Shown one piece after another: positions 29,184-38,903 of a stretch of DNA of 64,000 nt (position 1 is its first letter; each line of letters begins with the position of its first letter). The position numbers were made by a program, and so were the translations under genes. The stretch is taken from the NCBI GenBank assembly GCA_964462425.1, contig CAYWYD010000002.1, positions 18,756 through 82,755 of the forward strand, read 5' to 3'. Under the pieces are notes generated by a model. That model ran no database searches. It had not been told where the DNA came from and saw only the letters and a program-made list of their open reading frames with translations. Origin of the DNA: an uncultured Thermoplasmata archaeon. Its GTDB lineage: Archaea > Thermoplasmatota > Thermoplasmata > Halarchaeoplasmatales > Halarchaeoplasmataceae.

Positions 29184-29939
29184 ATGTATATGAGCGAAAG
29201 ATTGAGAGATAGGAAAGCGATCATCACCGGTGCCTCTAGAGGGATCGGTAGAGGTATAGTGGAAAAATTCGCCGAAGAGGGAGCAATAATCGGTATAAAT
29301 TATCACAGCAAGGATGAGAAGGCGCAAGAGGTGTTAGAGAAAGTGGAAGATCACTCGGAAGGCATGCTCTTGAGGGGAGACGTGAGTGAAAAAGAAGTAT
29401 GCAGAGAGATGATCTCGGACTTTACCGAAAGATTCGGCGGTCTAGATATACTTGTGAACAACGCCGGTATATACATGAGGAAAGGTATCGAGGAAGCGAC
29501 CATCGAAGATTTTGACAGGACTATAGAGGTGAACGTTCGAGGAGCGTTCATGCTGAGCAAACTAGCTCTTCCCTATCTAAAGGATTCTGATCGGGGAAGG
29601 ATAATCAACATGTCTTCGCAGCTCGCTTTCAAGGGTTCAGACCACGGTACTTCTTACGTGGTCAGTAAAAGTGCCCTTCTCGGTCTCACCCGGGCTTTAG
29701 CACTCGAACTCGGACCTGAAGGGATCATGGTCAACGGAATAGCTCCCGGTACGATAGATACGGATATCATCGCTGGATACTCCGAGGAGAAAAGGAAAAG
29801 GAGAGCCGAAAATATACCGGCTAAAAGGTTGGGGGAGCCGGAAGATATAGCTGAAACCGCCATCTTCCTAGCTTCCGACATGGGTTCATACGTCAACGGC
29901 GAAGTGATCGGTGTGAACGGCGGTTCTTCCATTCACTGA
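29184..29939 (+). CDS. Short-chain dehydrogenase/reductase (FabG-like)
   Basis: TGASRGIGRG is the cofactor loop, with NNAG and YVVSK (the Y-x3-K catalytic pair). The tracked ORF start at 29094 runs through the structured element and T10, so I place the start at Met 29184/29190. Confidence 0.8.
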   Translation: MYMSERLRDRKAIITGASRGIGRGIVEKFAEEGAIIGINYHSKDEKAQEVLEKVEDHSEGMLLRGDVSEKEVCREMISDFTERFGGLDILVNNAGIYMRKGIEEATIEDFDRTIEVNVRGAFMLSKLALPYLKDSDRGRIINMSSQLAFKGSDHGTSYVVSKSALLGLTRALALELGPEGIMVNGIAPGTIDTDIIAGYSEEKRKRRAENIPAKRLGEPEDIAETAIFLASDMGSYVNGEVIGVNGGSSIH

Positions 29940-29992
29940 AAACTGACGAAAAATTTTTAATCTGATGTTTAGATTCAATATATGGTGACAGG

Positions 29993-30265
29993 ATGATAAG
30001 AAAGCACTGCTTCTTCAGCGGGAAAGTACAAGGGGTCTTCTTCAGAGCGAACACTAGAGATAAAGCCCAAGAAAAGGGTGTAAAAGGATGGGTGAAAAAC
30101 CTCAGAGACGGTAGAGTGGAAGCGGTCTTTGAAGGACCTGAAAAGAAAGTGGACGAAGTGATAGAGTGGTGCAGAAAAAATCAACCTCACGCTAAGGTCG
30201 AAGGGGTCGAGGTAGAAAAGGAAGAACCTACCGGCGAATTCGACTCGTTCTTCATCAGGCGGTAG
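29993..30265 (+). CDS. acyP: Acylphosphatase
   Basis: 90 aa. Signatures VQGVFFR and GWVKNLRDGRVEAVFEG are present. Confidence 0.85.
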   Translation: MIRKHCFFSGKVQGVFFRANTRDKAQEKGVKGWVKNLRDGRVEAVFEGPEKKVDEVIEWCRKNQPHAKVEGVEVEKEEPTGEFDSFFIRR

Positions 30266-30328
30266 AGAAGGTCTTACTTTATCGGTATATTTATAACCTG
30301 CAGCGGCTTCTATTTCAACCAAGAAAAG

Positions 30329-30952
30329 ATGTCCTATAGAGCGGTTGTTCTCCTGTCGGGAGGGATCGATTCGCCGGTCGCGGCACATCTTTTAGCCGAG
30401 AGCGGCGCCGATGTCAGCCTACTCAGTTTGGATAATCGTCCTTTCACCGATGAAAAGACTTTGAAAACAGTGGAAGAGCTGGTGGAGAAACTGCAGAGTC
30501 TGCATGAGGGGATGGATCATCATCGAGGAGAATTCGGACACGTACAGAAGCGTATAGCTTCCGAAGGAGATGAACATTTCCGATGCTTGGTCTGTCGAAG
30601 GATGATGTACCGAGCCGCTTCGGAGCTGCTTGAAAAAATAGACGCCGATGCGATAGCTACCGGCGAGTCCCTAGGACAGGTAGCCTCGCAAACTTTAAGC
30701 AACTTGGCGAGTATAGACGAAGACTTTAACGTTCAGATCTACAGGCCTCTCATCGGATTGGACAAGACCGAAGTGATAGACATAGCCAAAGAGATCGGGA
30801 CCTACGAGATATCCATCCGACCGACCATCTGCTGTATGCTCACTCCAGAAGAGCCCAGGGTCAGGAGTGAAGCGGAAGAGATCGAAAAAGAAGAAGCACG
30901 ACTGGACATACCTGAGATGTTAGAAAATATAGAGTTCGAAGAGTTGAGTTGA
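30329..30952 (+). CDS. ThiI-type PP-loop ATP pyrophosphatase domain protein lacking NFLD/THUMP domains
   Basis: 207 aa. Contains SGGIDSPVAAHLL (the ThiI PP-loop), TGESLGQVASQTL and IRPLIGLDKTEVIDIAKEIGTYEISIRP, plus CLVC (CxxC) and a later CC. Confidence 0.7.
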   Translation: MSYRAVVLLSGGIDSPVAAHLLAESGADVSLLSLDNRPFTDEKTLKTVEELVEKLQSLHEGMDHHRGEFGHVQKRIASEGDEHFRCLVCRRMMYRAASELLEKIDADAIATGESLGQVASQTLSNLASIDEDFNVQIYRPLIGLDKTEVIDIAKEIGTYEISIRPTICCMLTPEEPRVRSEAEEIEKEEARLDIPEMLENIEFEELS

Positions 30953-30957
30953 TATCT

Positions 30958-31956
30958 TCACTTTCCGATGTATTGGGAATAGAGACTTCTAGCTTTTTTT
31001 GGATCTTCAGTACCTTCGACGATAACTCTACCGTCTTTAAAGACGTTCAAACTGTATTTTTCTAGATGTATCTTTAGCAGTTTTTTCCCCTTTCTTTCGG
31101 CGTCCTCGAATCTCTGCTCGAACTTTTCGAGATCGAGATCAACTTCTTGGGAAGGAGTCACCTGGACCGCATTTCTCCCGCAGAGCTCGGTGGTCATATC
31201 GCCCTCGCTCTCCAAAGATTCGAATCGTTTTTCCACACAACTTTTGCACCCATCCCTTCTTTCTATCTCGGTCCTTTCAACCTCAAAATCCCAGAGCTCG
31301 AGCGTGAGAAGATCGCTTCTAAAGCTCTCCCCGACTAGGAATTTGACAGCTTCAGTTGCTGCTATATTTCCCATGATCCTCGGGAGAGAGAAGAGAATAC
31401 CTGCGCTTTCACAAGTTTCCATGCTGCCCGCCGAGGGTCTCTCAGGTATCAGACACCGGAGGCATGCGGTCTTTTCCGGGATTATATTCAAAGTCATGCC
31501 GTAGGTGCCGAGAACTGCGGTATATATCCACGGAATACCGTTCTTAACGCAGGCGTCGTTGATCTGGTAACGGACTTCCATATTGTCGGTCCCGTCCAAT
31601 ACGAGATCGACGTCGTCGATTAGATCTTCAACGTTATCTAGACCTATGTCTAAAACTTCACTTTTCACATCTACCTCGGAATTAATCTCTTCTATTCTTT
31701 CTTCCGCAGCTTCGGCTTTCGGCACACCGATATCGCTCTCGCCGTAGAGGACCTGATGGTTGAGGTTGGAGAGTTCTACGTAATCCCTATCGACTATCTT
31801 TAATGTGCCTATACCAGTCCTAGCAAGAGCATCGGTCATAGTGGAACCAAGAGCTCCCAAGCCGAAGACCGCTACGCAGCTTTTCCCTAACTTCGATTGA
31901 TTTCGCTCGCCGATCTCTGGAAGGACAGTATGTCTAGCGTAACGCTCCATATCCAT
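30958..31956 (-). CDS. ThiF/MoeB/UbaA-family E1-like adenylyltransferase with C-terminal extension
   Basis: RYARHTVLPEIGERNQSKL, the nucleotide loop GLGALGS, two CxxC pairs (CLRC, CKSC), and an approximately 90-aa extra C-terminal domain. Confidence 0.75.
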   Translation of the reverse strand: MDMERYARHTVLPEIGERNQSKLGKSCVAVFGLGALGSTMTDALARTGIGTLKIVDRDYVELSNLNHQVLYGESDIGVPKAEAAEERIEEINSEVDVKSEVLDIGLDNVEDLIDDVDLVLDGTDNMEVRYQINDACVKNGIPWIYTAVLGTYGMTLNIIPEKTACLRCLIPERPSAGSMETCESAGILFSLPRIMGNIAATEAVKFLVGESFRSDLLTLELWDFEVERTEIERRDGCKSCVEKRFESLESEGDMTTELCGRNAVQVTPSQEVDLDLEKFEQRFEDAERKGKKLLKIHLEKYSLNVFKDGRVIVEGTEDPKKARSLYSQYIGK

Positions 31957-32041
31957 GAGGGATAATCACCGGATCGGTAATTAAAATTTTGGAGTACGGC
32001 TTGGGAAAATAATATATCTTCATCTCTTATATACGGCAGCG

Positions 32042-33700
32042 ATGAAAAGATCGGGATGGTTCGCGCTGATAGGTATCATAGGCTTCTCTATCCTTATCAG
32101 GACGGTCCCCCTTTATGACTTTACTCTATGGGGCATGGACTGCGGTGAGTACTTGTATTACACTCACCAGTGGGTCAAGAGCGGACAAGCCTATACGTCC
32201 ATCGACGGATGGGGTACCGCTTACCCCTATTTCCCGGGTATGTTCATCCTGGCAGGGTCGTTCAGCATGCTTTCGGGAGCCGACCTGATATTCTCCACCA
32301 CTTTTATCCCCGTCCTGATCTCAGGACTTTCACCTCTCTTCGTGTTTCTGATGGTCCATAAATTGATGGACGATCATCGGCCTGCACTCTTATCCGCCTT
32401 TTTTCTTTCCGGTCTCCCTCCGATCATCTACAGTTATTCCCAACCGAAGCCAGAGACCCTAGGATTCTTTTTGATGCTCTTCGTTCTGACTTTGAGTGTG
32501 GCCTCGCTGCGGGATCATAGAAAAACGGTGGTTGCCCTTATGGTTCTAGGTGCTTTAGCATCGATAGTCACTCACCATCTGTCCGTTTATTTCCTCCTGA
32601 TAATGCTGCTCGGAGGGGTTTTCGTTTCGAGGTTGTGGAGGAACAAGGAATGGTCCTTGGACAAGGATAGAACGATTCTATACACGGTCTTCGCCCTTTT
32701 GACCGTGATCTACTGGATCTATTACGCATCTCCCTTTGCCGCAAATAGGATGAAAGATACACTAGTTTTTCCCTCTTACTCTATCGTGATCGTTCCGTTT
32801 GCGGTCTTGATATTGATAGAACTGATCATCCGATTCAGGAGACGTTTCGATTTCTCCATGCCGATCAAGCTTCACGAACAGGATTCCAGATCATTCATTA
32901 TCTTCACCGGGACGACCGCGGTGATCCTTATACCGGTTCTGCTGTACATCTCTTTGAGAGGTTTCCCTGTAAGAGGGATCGAATTGGGCTTTACGACTCT
33001 TATTTATTCCCCGGTAGCCTTTTTGAGTCTTTTCGGGGTTCCGAGCAGGAAGATTATCAAAGCACTGGAAGAAGGTCCTTCCCTGGTGGGATGGTTCGCT
33101 TTCATCCTGCTCTCTCTAACCGTGGGAGTGATCTCAGGTTCTTCCTCACTACTCCCGATGAGACACATCACCTTCCTCCTTTTAGTCATCTCAATATTAT
33201 TTGGAATCGGGGTTTTTCAACTGAACTTAGTGATGAATCCTATGGGAGATAGGAACAAAACGGTAGCGCTGTCGCTGGTGGTATTTCTCCTTCTTGCATC
33301 TATGATTCCGTTTATTTACCCCTCTCAAGAAAGAGCCGGTGGTTATCAGGAAGGGACGGAATGGGGAGACATGGAGGGTGCTTTCTGGCTCAAACGCTCT
33401 TCGAGCGGTAAAGTTGCTACGGACCATCGGATGAGTGCCGCAGCCTTCTCCGTAGGATATGAAAATCTGACTTGGATAGATGGTGAAGACATGTACTTCG
33501 GCTCTTACGAGGAGGCTTCGGACGAACTAGATGACCATAACGTAAGTTACATAATGTGGGACCAAGATATGCTCGAAGGCACCGCTACTGAACCTGGAGA
33601 GAACCCTAGACCTCTAGACTCTGAGTTGAAAGAGAACTACAGTGAGAACCATTACCGGGTTTACCATTCAGAAGAATGTGAGGGATATGCCGTTCCTTGA
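32042..33700 (+). CDS. GT-C-fold membrane glycosyltransferase-like protein (STT3/ArnT/PMT-like topology)
   Basis: 552 aa, at least 11 TM. The first loop is GMDCGEYLYY...IDGWGTAYPYFPG, and a C-terminal soluble domain of about 130 aa follows. No canonical WWDYG motif is seen. Confidence 0.35.
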   Translation: MKRSGWFALIGIIGFSILIRTVPLYDFTLWGMDCGEYLYYTHQWVKSGQAYTSIDGWGTAYPYFPGMFILAGSFSMLSGADLIFSTTFIPVLISGLSPLFVFLMVHKLMDDHRPALLSAFFLSGLPPIIYSYSQPKPETLGFFLMLFVLTLSVASLRDHRKTVVALMVLGALASIVTHHLSVYFLLIMLLGGVFVSRLWRNKEWSLDKDRTILYTVFALLTVIYWIYYASPFAANRMKDTLVFPSYSIVIVPFAVLILIELIIRFRRRFDFSMPIKLHEQDSRSFIIFTGTTAVILIPVLLYISLRGFPVRGIELGFTTLIYSPVAFLSLFGVPSRKIIKALEEGPSLVGWFAFILLSLTVGVISGSSSLLPMRHITFLLLVISILFGIGVFQLNLVMNPMGDRNKTVALSLVVFLLLASMIPFIYPSQERAGGYQEGTEWGDMEGAFWLKRSSSGKVATDHRMSAAAFSVGYENLTWIDGEDMYFGSYEEASDELDDHNVSYIMWDQDMLEGTATEPGENPRPLDSELKENYSENHYRVYHSEECEGYAVP

Positions 33701-33753
33701 AACTGGGACAAAAACTTTTAATTGAACTATAGGGTAATTTTATTAGATAGTAG

Positions 33754-34275
33754 ATGGCAAAGAAAGAAAAGATCTCTAAGACGTTCAAATTTCTTCCAAA
33801 CCAATTCAAAAAGGAGATATACAAGCGGAGGAGATCTACGCCTTTCTTGATCTCGATATCTTTCCTGATAAGTTTTCTTGTTGCACGGCTTTGGGTGACA
33901 TTTTTCAAGGCCTCTGGTCAGGTGACCGACGACGTCTCTTACATGATCGGCAGGAACTTGGTGTTGGGAGGATACCACATGCATCATATAGTATACGGCA
34001 TCATACTTTTAGCCGTATCTTCGTGGCTAGCTATCAACTATTGGAGTAAGTCAATCGCAAGGATCAGTTCCGTCCTGTACGGTACGGGTCTAGGCCTGAT
34101 CGTAGATGAGGTGGGTTTCATCATCGGAGGTATAGAACCTTACCGAGGCGATAAAGAAGTTTTTTATATCGTCGTCGCCGTTATAGCTATATTGGCCAGT
34201 ATTGTCTATTTTCCCTCTTTCTATAGAGCGGCAAAGAAAGACATCGAAAGGTTCAAGAAGAGTCTTTTTGATTGA
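33754..34275 (+). CDS. Hypothetical membrane protein (about 4 TM)
   Basis: 173-aa ORF with a basic N-terminus and four hydrophobic segments. I recognise no family. Confidence 0.4.
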   Translation: MAKKEKISKTFKFLPNQFKKEIYKRRRSTPFLISISFLISFLVARLWVTFFKASGQVTDDVSYMIGRNLVLGGYHMHHIVYGIILLAVSSWLAINYWSKSIARISSVLYGTGLGLIVDEVGFIIGGIEPYRGDKEVFYIVVAVIAILASIVYFPSFYRAAKKDIERFKKSLFD

Positions 34276-34359
34276 TTTCTTTTTATCTTTACTTATTTTT
34301 GTCCGAAATCCTATATAGGTTCAATCCTTTCAAGATAGAAACACAAGGCCTTTGATAGC

Positions 34360-34824
34360 ATGATACTCTCTGACGATCATATAAAGGAGTTGATGGAAAA
34401 AAACGAGCTTGAGGTCCAAGATTTCAAAGAGGATAATCTAACTCCTAACGGTTATGATCTGACCATAGCCGAGGTGGTAGTTGAGGAAAGAAGACCTCAG
34501 AAGCAGGGCGAGTGTGTCGTTCCGGAGGGGACATGGTTCGCGGTCTCCACCGAAGAGTACGTAAAGTTTCCATCTTATATCGCTGGAGAGCTGTGGATAA
34601 GAACATCCTGGGCAAGAAAAGGCGTTATATCATCCTTCGGCCTGGTGGACGCAGGCTTCGAGGGCGATCTTACTCTGAGCGCCTACAACTCTTACCGTGA
34701 ACTAGAAATCCCTATAGGAGAAACATTCGCCCAATTGACTTTCAACTTTCTGTCCGATGAAAGTGAAAAAGAGTATTCGGAAAGATCCGGGAACTACCAG
34801 GGGCAGAAGGGAGTCACTCTTTAG
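34360..34824 (+). CDS. dut: dCTP deaminase/dUTPase-family protein (archaeal short dUTPase type)
   Basis: 154 aa. Contains LTPNGYDLTIAE and GLVDAGFEGDLTLS. The size fits the archaeal Dcd-like dUTPases. Confidence 0.65.
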   Translation: MILSDDHIKELMEKNELEVQDFKEDNLTPNGYDLTIAEVVVEERRPQKQGECVVPEGTWFAVSTEEYVKFPSYIAGELWIRTSWARKGVISSFGLVDAGFEGDLTLSAYNSYRELEIPIGETFAQLTFNFLSDESEKEYSERSGNYQGQKGVTL

Positions 34825-34836
34825 GATGTGTGAAAA

Positions 34837-36357
34837 ATGACTGTCGAGATAGATGGTGAAAATCTTGCCATCGAAGATGTTTATAAGGTGGCTAGGGAAA
34901 ACGAAGAGGTGAAGTTGGCAGAAGAATGCAGGGAGAAGATAAGGGAATCTAGAAAAGTGGTCGAGGACAGCTTGGAGAGTGAGGAAGATATCTACGGGAT
35001 AAACACCGGGTTCGGCGACCTCGCGAACGTGAAGATACCTAGAGATAAGATCGAAGAGCTGCAGGAAAACCTGCTGAGGAGTCATGCCAGCGGTGTCGGA
35101 GATGCTTTGGAAAAGGATGTGGTCAGAGCCACTATGCTTCTCCGCGCCAATACTTTGTCTAAAGGATATAGTGGAGTCAGGTTAAAAGTCGTAGAGTATC
35201 TTGTCAAGATGCTGAATCGTGGAGTCCATCCCGTGATCCCCTCTAAAGGTAGCGTAGGTGCCTCCGGCGATCTGGCCCCTCTAGCTCATATGAGTCTTGT
35301 TCTGATCGGAGAAGGAGAAGCCTATTTTAAAGGGGAAAGATTGCTCGGAGGAGACGCTCTCGAGAGGATTAGTCTCGAACCGTTGAAACTGAAAGCGAAG
35401 GAGGGATTAGCTCTTTTGAACGGCACTCAAGTCATGACTGCGATAGGGGCACTAGCGCTGCGCGATGGAAAAGAATTGTTGAAAGCCGCCCAGATAGCCA
35501 GCGGTATGAGTCTTGAAGCTTTGAAAGGGACGGATGCGGTCTTCGATGAGCGTATCCACGATGTGAGACCACACCCGGGGCAGAAAAAGTGCGCCGAGAA
35601 CATGAAGAAAATAACCGCAGAAAGTGAGATCATAGAATCACACAAAAACTGTGACAGGGTACAGGACCCCTATACGCTGAGATGTATCGCTCAGGTCTAC
35701 GGTGCTGCCGAGGACGCCTTAGACCATGTAGAGAAGGTCATAGAAATCGAGATGAACTCGGCCAACGACAACCCTCTAGTGTTCCCTAATGGCGACGTCA
35801 TCTCGGGAGGCAACTTTCACGGTCAACCCATCGCTCTGGTTCTTGACTTTTTCGGTTCGGCCGTCGCCGAGATAGGTGACATATCCGAGAGGACAACGGA
35901 CAAACTAATGTCTCACGAGGAGAGCGGATTACCACGCTTTTTGATCGAAGAGAACGGGTTGAATTCCGGTCTCATGGTCGCCCAGTACACCGCCGCATCC
36001 CTGGTATCCGAGAACAAGGTCCTCTCCCATCCAGCCAGCGTGGATTCCATACCGACCTCTGCGGGCCAGGAGGACCACGTCAGTATGGGGACGATCTCCG
36101 CTAGATTAGGAAAAGACATATTGAAGAACGTCGAAGACGTCGTGGCTATCGAGTTGATAGCGGCGGCCCAAGCTTTGGAGTTTCACGAGAAAGAGCCCGG
36201 GAAGGGCGTGAAAGCCGCCTACGAGTTTATTAGGAAGCATGTAGATCCTCTCGAAAGAGATCGTGCTTTATATCGAGACATAGAGACGATAAGCGGGAAG
36301 ATAAAGAGCGGTGAGTTCGTGGAAAGGGTGGAGGACGAGATAGGTCCCATGGCCTGA
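34837..36357 (+). CDS. hutH: Histidine ammonia-lyase (MIO-dependent aromatic amino-acid lyase family)
   Basis: 506 aa. GSVGASGDLAPLAH contains the Ala-Ser-Gly MIO triad, and NFHGQP is also present. Confidence 0.85.
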   Translation: MTVEIDGENLAIEDVYKVARENEEVKLAEECREKIRESRKVVEDSLESEEDIYGINTGFGDLANVKIPRDKIEELQENLLRSHASGVGDALEKDVVRATMLLRANTLSKGYSGVRLKVVEYLVKMLNRGVHPVIPSKGSVGASGDLAPLAHMSLVLIGEGEAYFKGERLLGGDALERISLEPLKLKAKEGLALLNGTQVMTAIGALALRDGKELLKAAQIASGMSLEALKGTDAVFDERIHDVRPHPGQKKCAENMKKITAESEIIESHKNCDRVQDPYTLRCIAQVYGAAEDALDHVEKVIEIEMNSANDNPLVFPNGDVISGGNFHGQPIALVLDFFGSAVAEIGDISERTTDKLMSHEESGLPRFLIEENGLNSGLMVAQYTAASLVSENKVLSHPASVDSIPTSAGQEDHVSMGTISARLGKDILKNVEDVVAIELIAAAQALEFHEKEPGKGVKAAYEFIRKHVDPLERDRALYRDIETISGKIKSGEFVERVEDEIGPMA

Positions 36358-36396
36358 CAAAATATATATTTACGAGTTGCTTTTAGGAGGCATAAC

Positions 36397-37950
36397 ATGT
36401 CTGAAAACGATCCGGAGGACTCGGAGGATAAATCAGGAGAGACTGGTGAACTCAGTTATCTCGAGAAAAGCACTCTTTTAGCTCTAGAAGAGTTGAACGG
36501 AGAGGGTTCTCCGAAGGAGATCGTAGAAGTTTCGGATCTCGATGAGAAAGTCAAGGTGATGAACGCCGTCTCCTGGCTTGGATCGAAGGATATAGTGGAG
36601 GTGGAAGAGGAGGTCAAGCATTATTATTCTCTAGCCAAGAAGAGCTTGGCTAAGAGGGATCTTCCAGAGAGGAAAGCATTGAAGTTCTTGGATAAGAAAG
36701 GGGGTAAGTGCGCTGTTTCCGAACTTCAAGAGGAAAGCGAGTTGAGCAAGAACAAGGCGGGTATAGCCCTAGGATGGCTCAAGGACAAGGGATGGGCGGA
36801 GATCGTTAAAGAGAAAGGAGAATCATATCTGAAGATAACTAAGAAGGGAAGAGAAGCGCTCAAAGAGAAGGGAAGAGACGAGGAGCTTATCAGAAGATTG
36901 GGTAAAGAAGGGAAACTGCCGGAAGAGGAACTCGACAAGTTCACCGTCAATAAACTTCTCTCGAGAAAAGAGATCCTGGAAGAAGAGAGAGAAGTCTCCC
37001 GTACCGTTAAATTGACGGAGAAAGGGAGAAAGGAATTAGAAAAGGGCATCGAACTGAAAAGGCAGATAACTCAGCTGACTCCAGACATAATCAGGACGGG
37101 AGCGTGGAAGGATGCGAGGATCCGACCCTATGATGTTAAGGCCTACGCGCCGAAAGAGTTCGGCGGAAAGAGACACCCTATAAAGAAGGAGATGGAGAAA
37201 GTAAGGCGGGTATTTTTAGAGATGGGGTTCACCGAGATGAAGTGCGACGTGATACAGCCCGCTTTTTGGAACTTCGACTCACTTTTCTCTCCTCAAGATC
37301 ATCCTGCTAGAGACCTTCAGGACACGTTTTACATGGAAAGACCTGAGAAGGTAGATGTGGAAAGCGAAGTGATGGATAGAGTCAAAGAGGTTCACAACAA
37401 CGGCGGCGATACGCGCTCTAAAGGATGGGAGTACGATTGGAGTGAGGAAGAAGCCAAAAAGGCCGTTTTGAGAACGCATACTACCGTTGCGAGCATAAGG
37501 TACCTTTCCGAAAATAACGAGCCCCCGGTCAAAGCGTTTTCAGTCGATTGGAACTACAGGAGCGAGAAGCCCGACTCCACGCACCTGTCGGAATTCGTCC
37601 AGATCGAAGGGATCGTGATGGAGGAGAACGCTAGTCTGGATATGCTGATAGGGATGATGAAAGAATTCTACGGCAAGATGGGATTCGAGGACGTGAAGGT
37701 CAGACCGGGCTATTTCCCCTTCACCGAACCGAGTTTAGAGGTCTTCGTGAAGTGGGAGGACGACTATCTAGAGATGGGAGGCGCCGGGCTCTTTAGGAGA
37801 GAAGTCTTAGAGCCGCACGGTATAGAGCATCCGGTCATCGCCTGGGGTCTAGGTCTTGAAAGGCTCGTGATGCTCCGGCTCGGATGGGACGATATAAGGG
37901 AATGTTACAGGAACGATATAGAGAAATTGAGAGGATATCCTCTCTTGTAA
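36397..37950 (+). CDS. pheS: Phenylalanine--tRNA ligase alpha subunit (archaeal type)
   Basis: 517 aa. An N-terminal wHTH-repeat region precedes a class II core (FDSLFSPQDHPARD; FPFTEPSLEV; GAGLFRREVL). Confidence 0.9.
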   Translation: MSENDPEDSEDKSGETGELSYLEKSTLLALEELNGEGSPKEIVEVSDLDEKVKVMNAVSWLGSKDIVEVEEEVKHYYSLAKKSLAKRDLPERKALKFLDKKGGKCAVSELQEESELSKNKAGIALGWLKDKGWAEIVKEKGESYLKITKKGREALKEKGRDEELIRRLGKEGKLPEEELDKFTVNKLLSRKEILEEEREVSRTVKLTEKGRKELEKGIELKRQITQLTPDIIRTGAWKDARIRPYDVKAYAPKEFGGKRHPIKKEMEKVRRVFLEMGFTEMKCDVIQPAFWNFDSLFSPQDHPARDLQDTFYMERPEKVDVESEVMDRVKEVHNNGGDTRSKGWEYDWSEEEAKKAVLRTHTTVASIRYLSENNEPPVKAFSVDWNYRSEKPDSTHLSEFVQIEGIVMEENASLDMLIGMMKEFYGKMGFEDVKVRPGYFPFTEPSLEVFVKWEDDYLEMGGAGLFRREVLEPHGIEHPVIAWGLGLERLVMLRLGWDDIRECYRNDIEKLRGYPLL

Positions 37951-37958
37951 ACGCTAGA

Positions 37959-38798
37959 TCACTTTTCTGAGTTCTCTTTTTTTTCTTCTTTTGATTTTTC
38001 AGGTATTTTTGGCTCAGAAGGCATCTTTTTCCTTTTCTCATAAATCAATAGGATCATCAGGATACCAGTTATTATTATAGCTGGAATACTGAACATCCCA
38101 CATTCCAGTCCCAACAATTCCGATTCTTTGGACTTCAGGGCATTATCGGGATGGTCATCATATTTGTCCGCTACTCCGTCTTCGTCGGTGTCTTTCCAGA
38201 TATTTGGATCTTTAGGAAACATGTCAGAATTATCACCTATACCATCCCCATCGGTGTCGTTCCATTCCTTAGCATTCCTGGGAAATCTATCGTTCCGCAA
38301 GTAGTGGCCGTCCCCATCTATGTCGATAAACAGTTCTGCCATGACCTTCATTTCTATCTGAATGGATTCAGGAGCGTTTCCGTTTTTTTTAAGTCCACCA
38401 TTATCACCTCTAGAGGAGTTGGCTAATATGAAATAATATCTATCTCTTTCATTTAGTTTAATAGTATCCGTAAAATCGTCACTAGTTTTAGTCAAAGAGG
38501 TATTAAATTCCTCTCCTCTTTTGAAAGAGCTGTAGTTTTCATTATTCATTATATACAGATCGAGCTCTTCACCTTCTAGAGAATTGATATCTATCTCTAG
38601 AACCACCTTTTTTATCATCTCAGTTCCCCATGGTATAGAGGTGACAATATGATCATTTTCAGATATCTCCCTGGTTCCGTCGAATAAAGATATCCTTTCG
38701 CCTCCATATTCAGTTCCTTCCGCTTCAACAGGGGCTAAGCCAACTAACATCAAGATAACAACCGCTGTTAGGGTTATCTTCCATTCCATCTGCATCAC
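37959..38798 (-). CDS. Secreted, C-terminally TM-anchored protein with thrombospondin type-3-like Ca-binding repeats
   Basis: Has a signal peptide, three DxDxDGxxDxxD-type repeats (DIDGDGHYLRND; DTDGDGIGDNSD; DTDEDGVADKYD), a C-terminal TM helix and a Lys/Glu tail. Confidence 0.6.
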   Translation of the reverse strand: MMQMEWKITLTAVVILMLVGLAPVEAEGTEYGGERISLFDGTREISENDHIVTSIPWGTEMIKKVVLEIDINSLEGEELDLYIMNNENYSSFKRGEEFNTSLTKTSDDFTDTIKLNERDRYYFILANSSRGDNGGLKKNGNAPESIQIEMKVMAELFIDIDGDGHYLRNDRFPRNAKEWNDTDGDGIGDNSDMFPKDPNIWKDTDEDGVADKYDDHPDNALKSKESELLGLECGMFSIPAIIITGILMILLIYEKRKKMPSEPKIPEKSKEEKKENSEK

Positions 38799-38903
38799 CA
38801 GCTAGATAGCATTTCAATAATTGATAAACTAATAAATTTTATCACTCAGGTCTTTCCGCTAAAACATAAGTTTCAAATATATTAATCAAACTCCTGATTT
38901 TAT

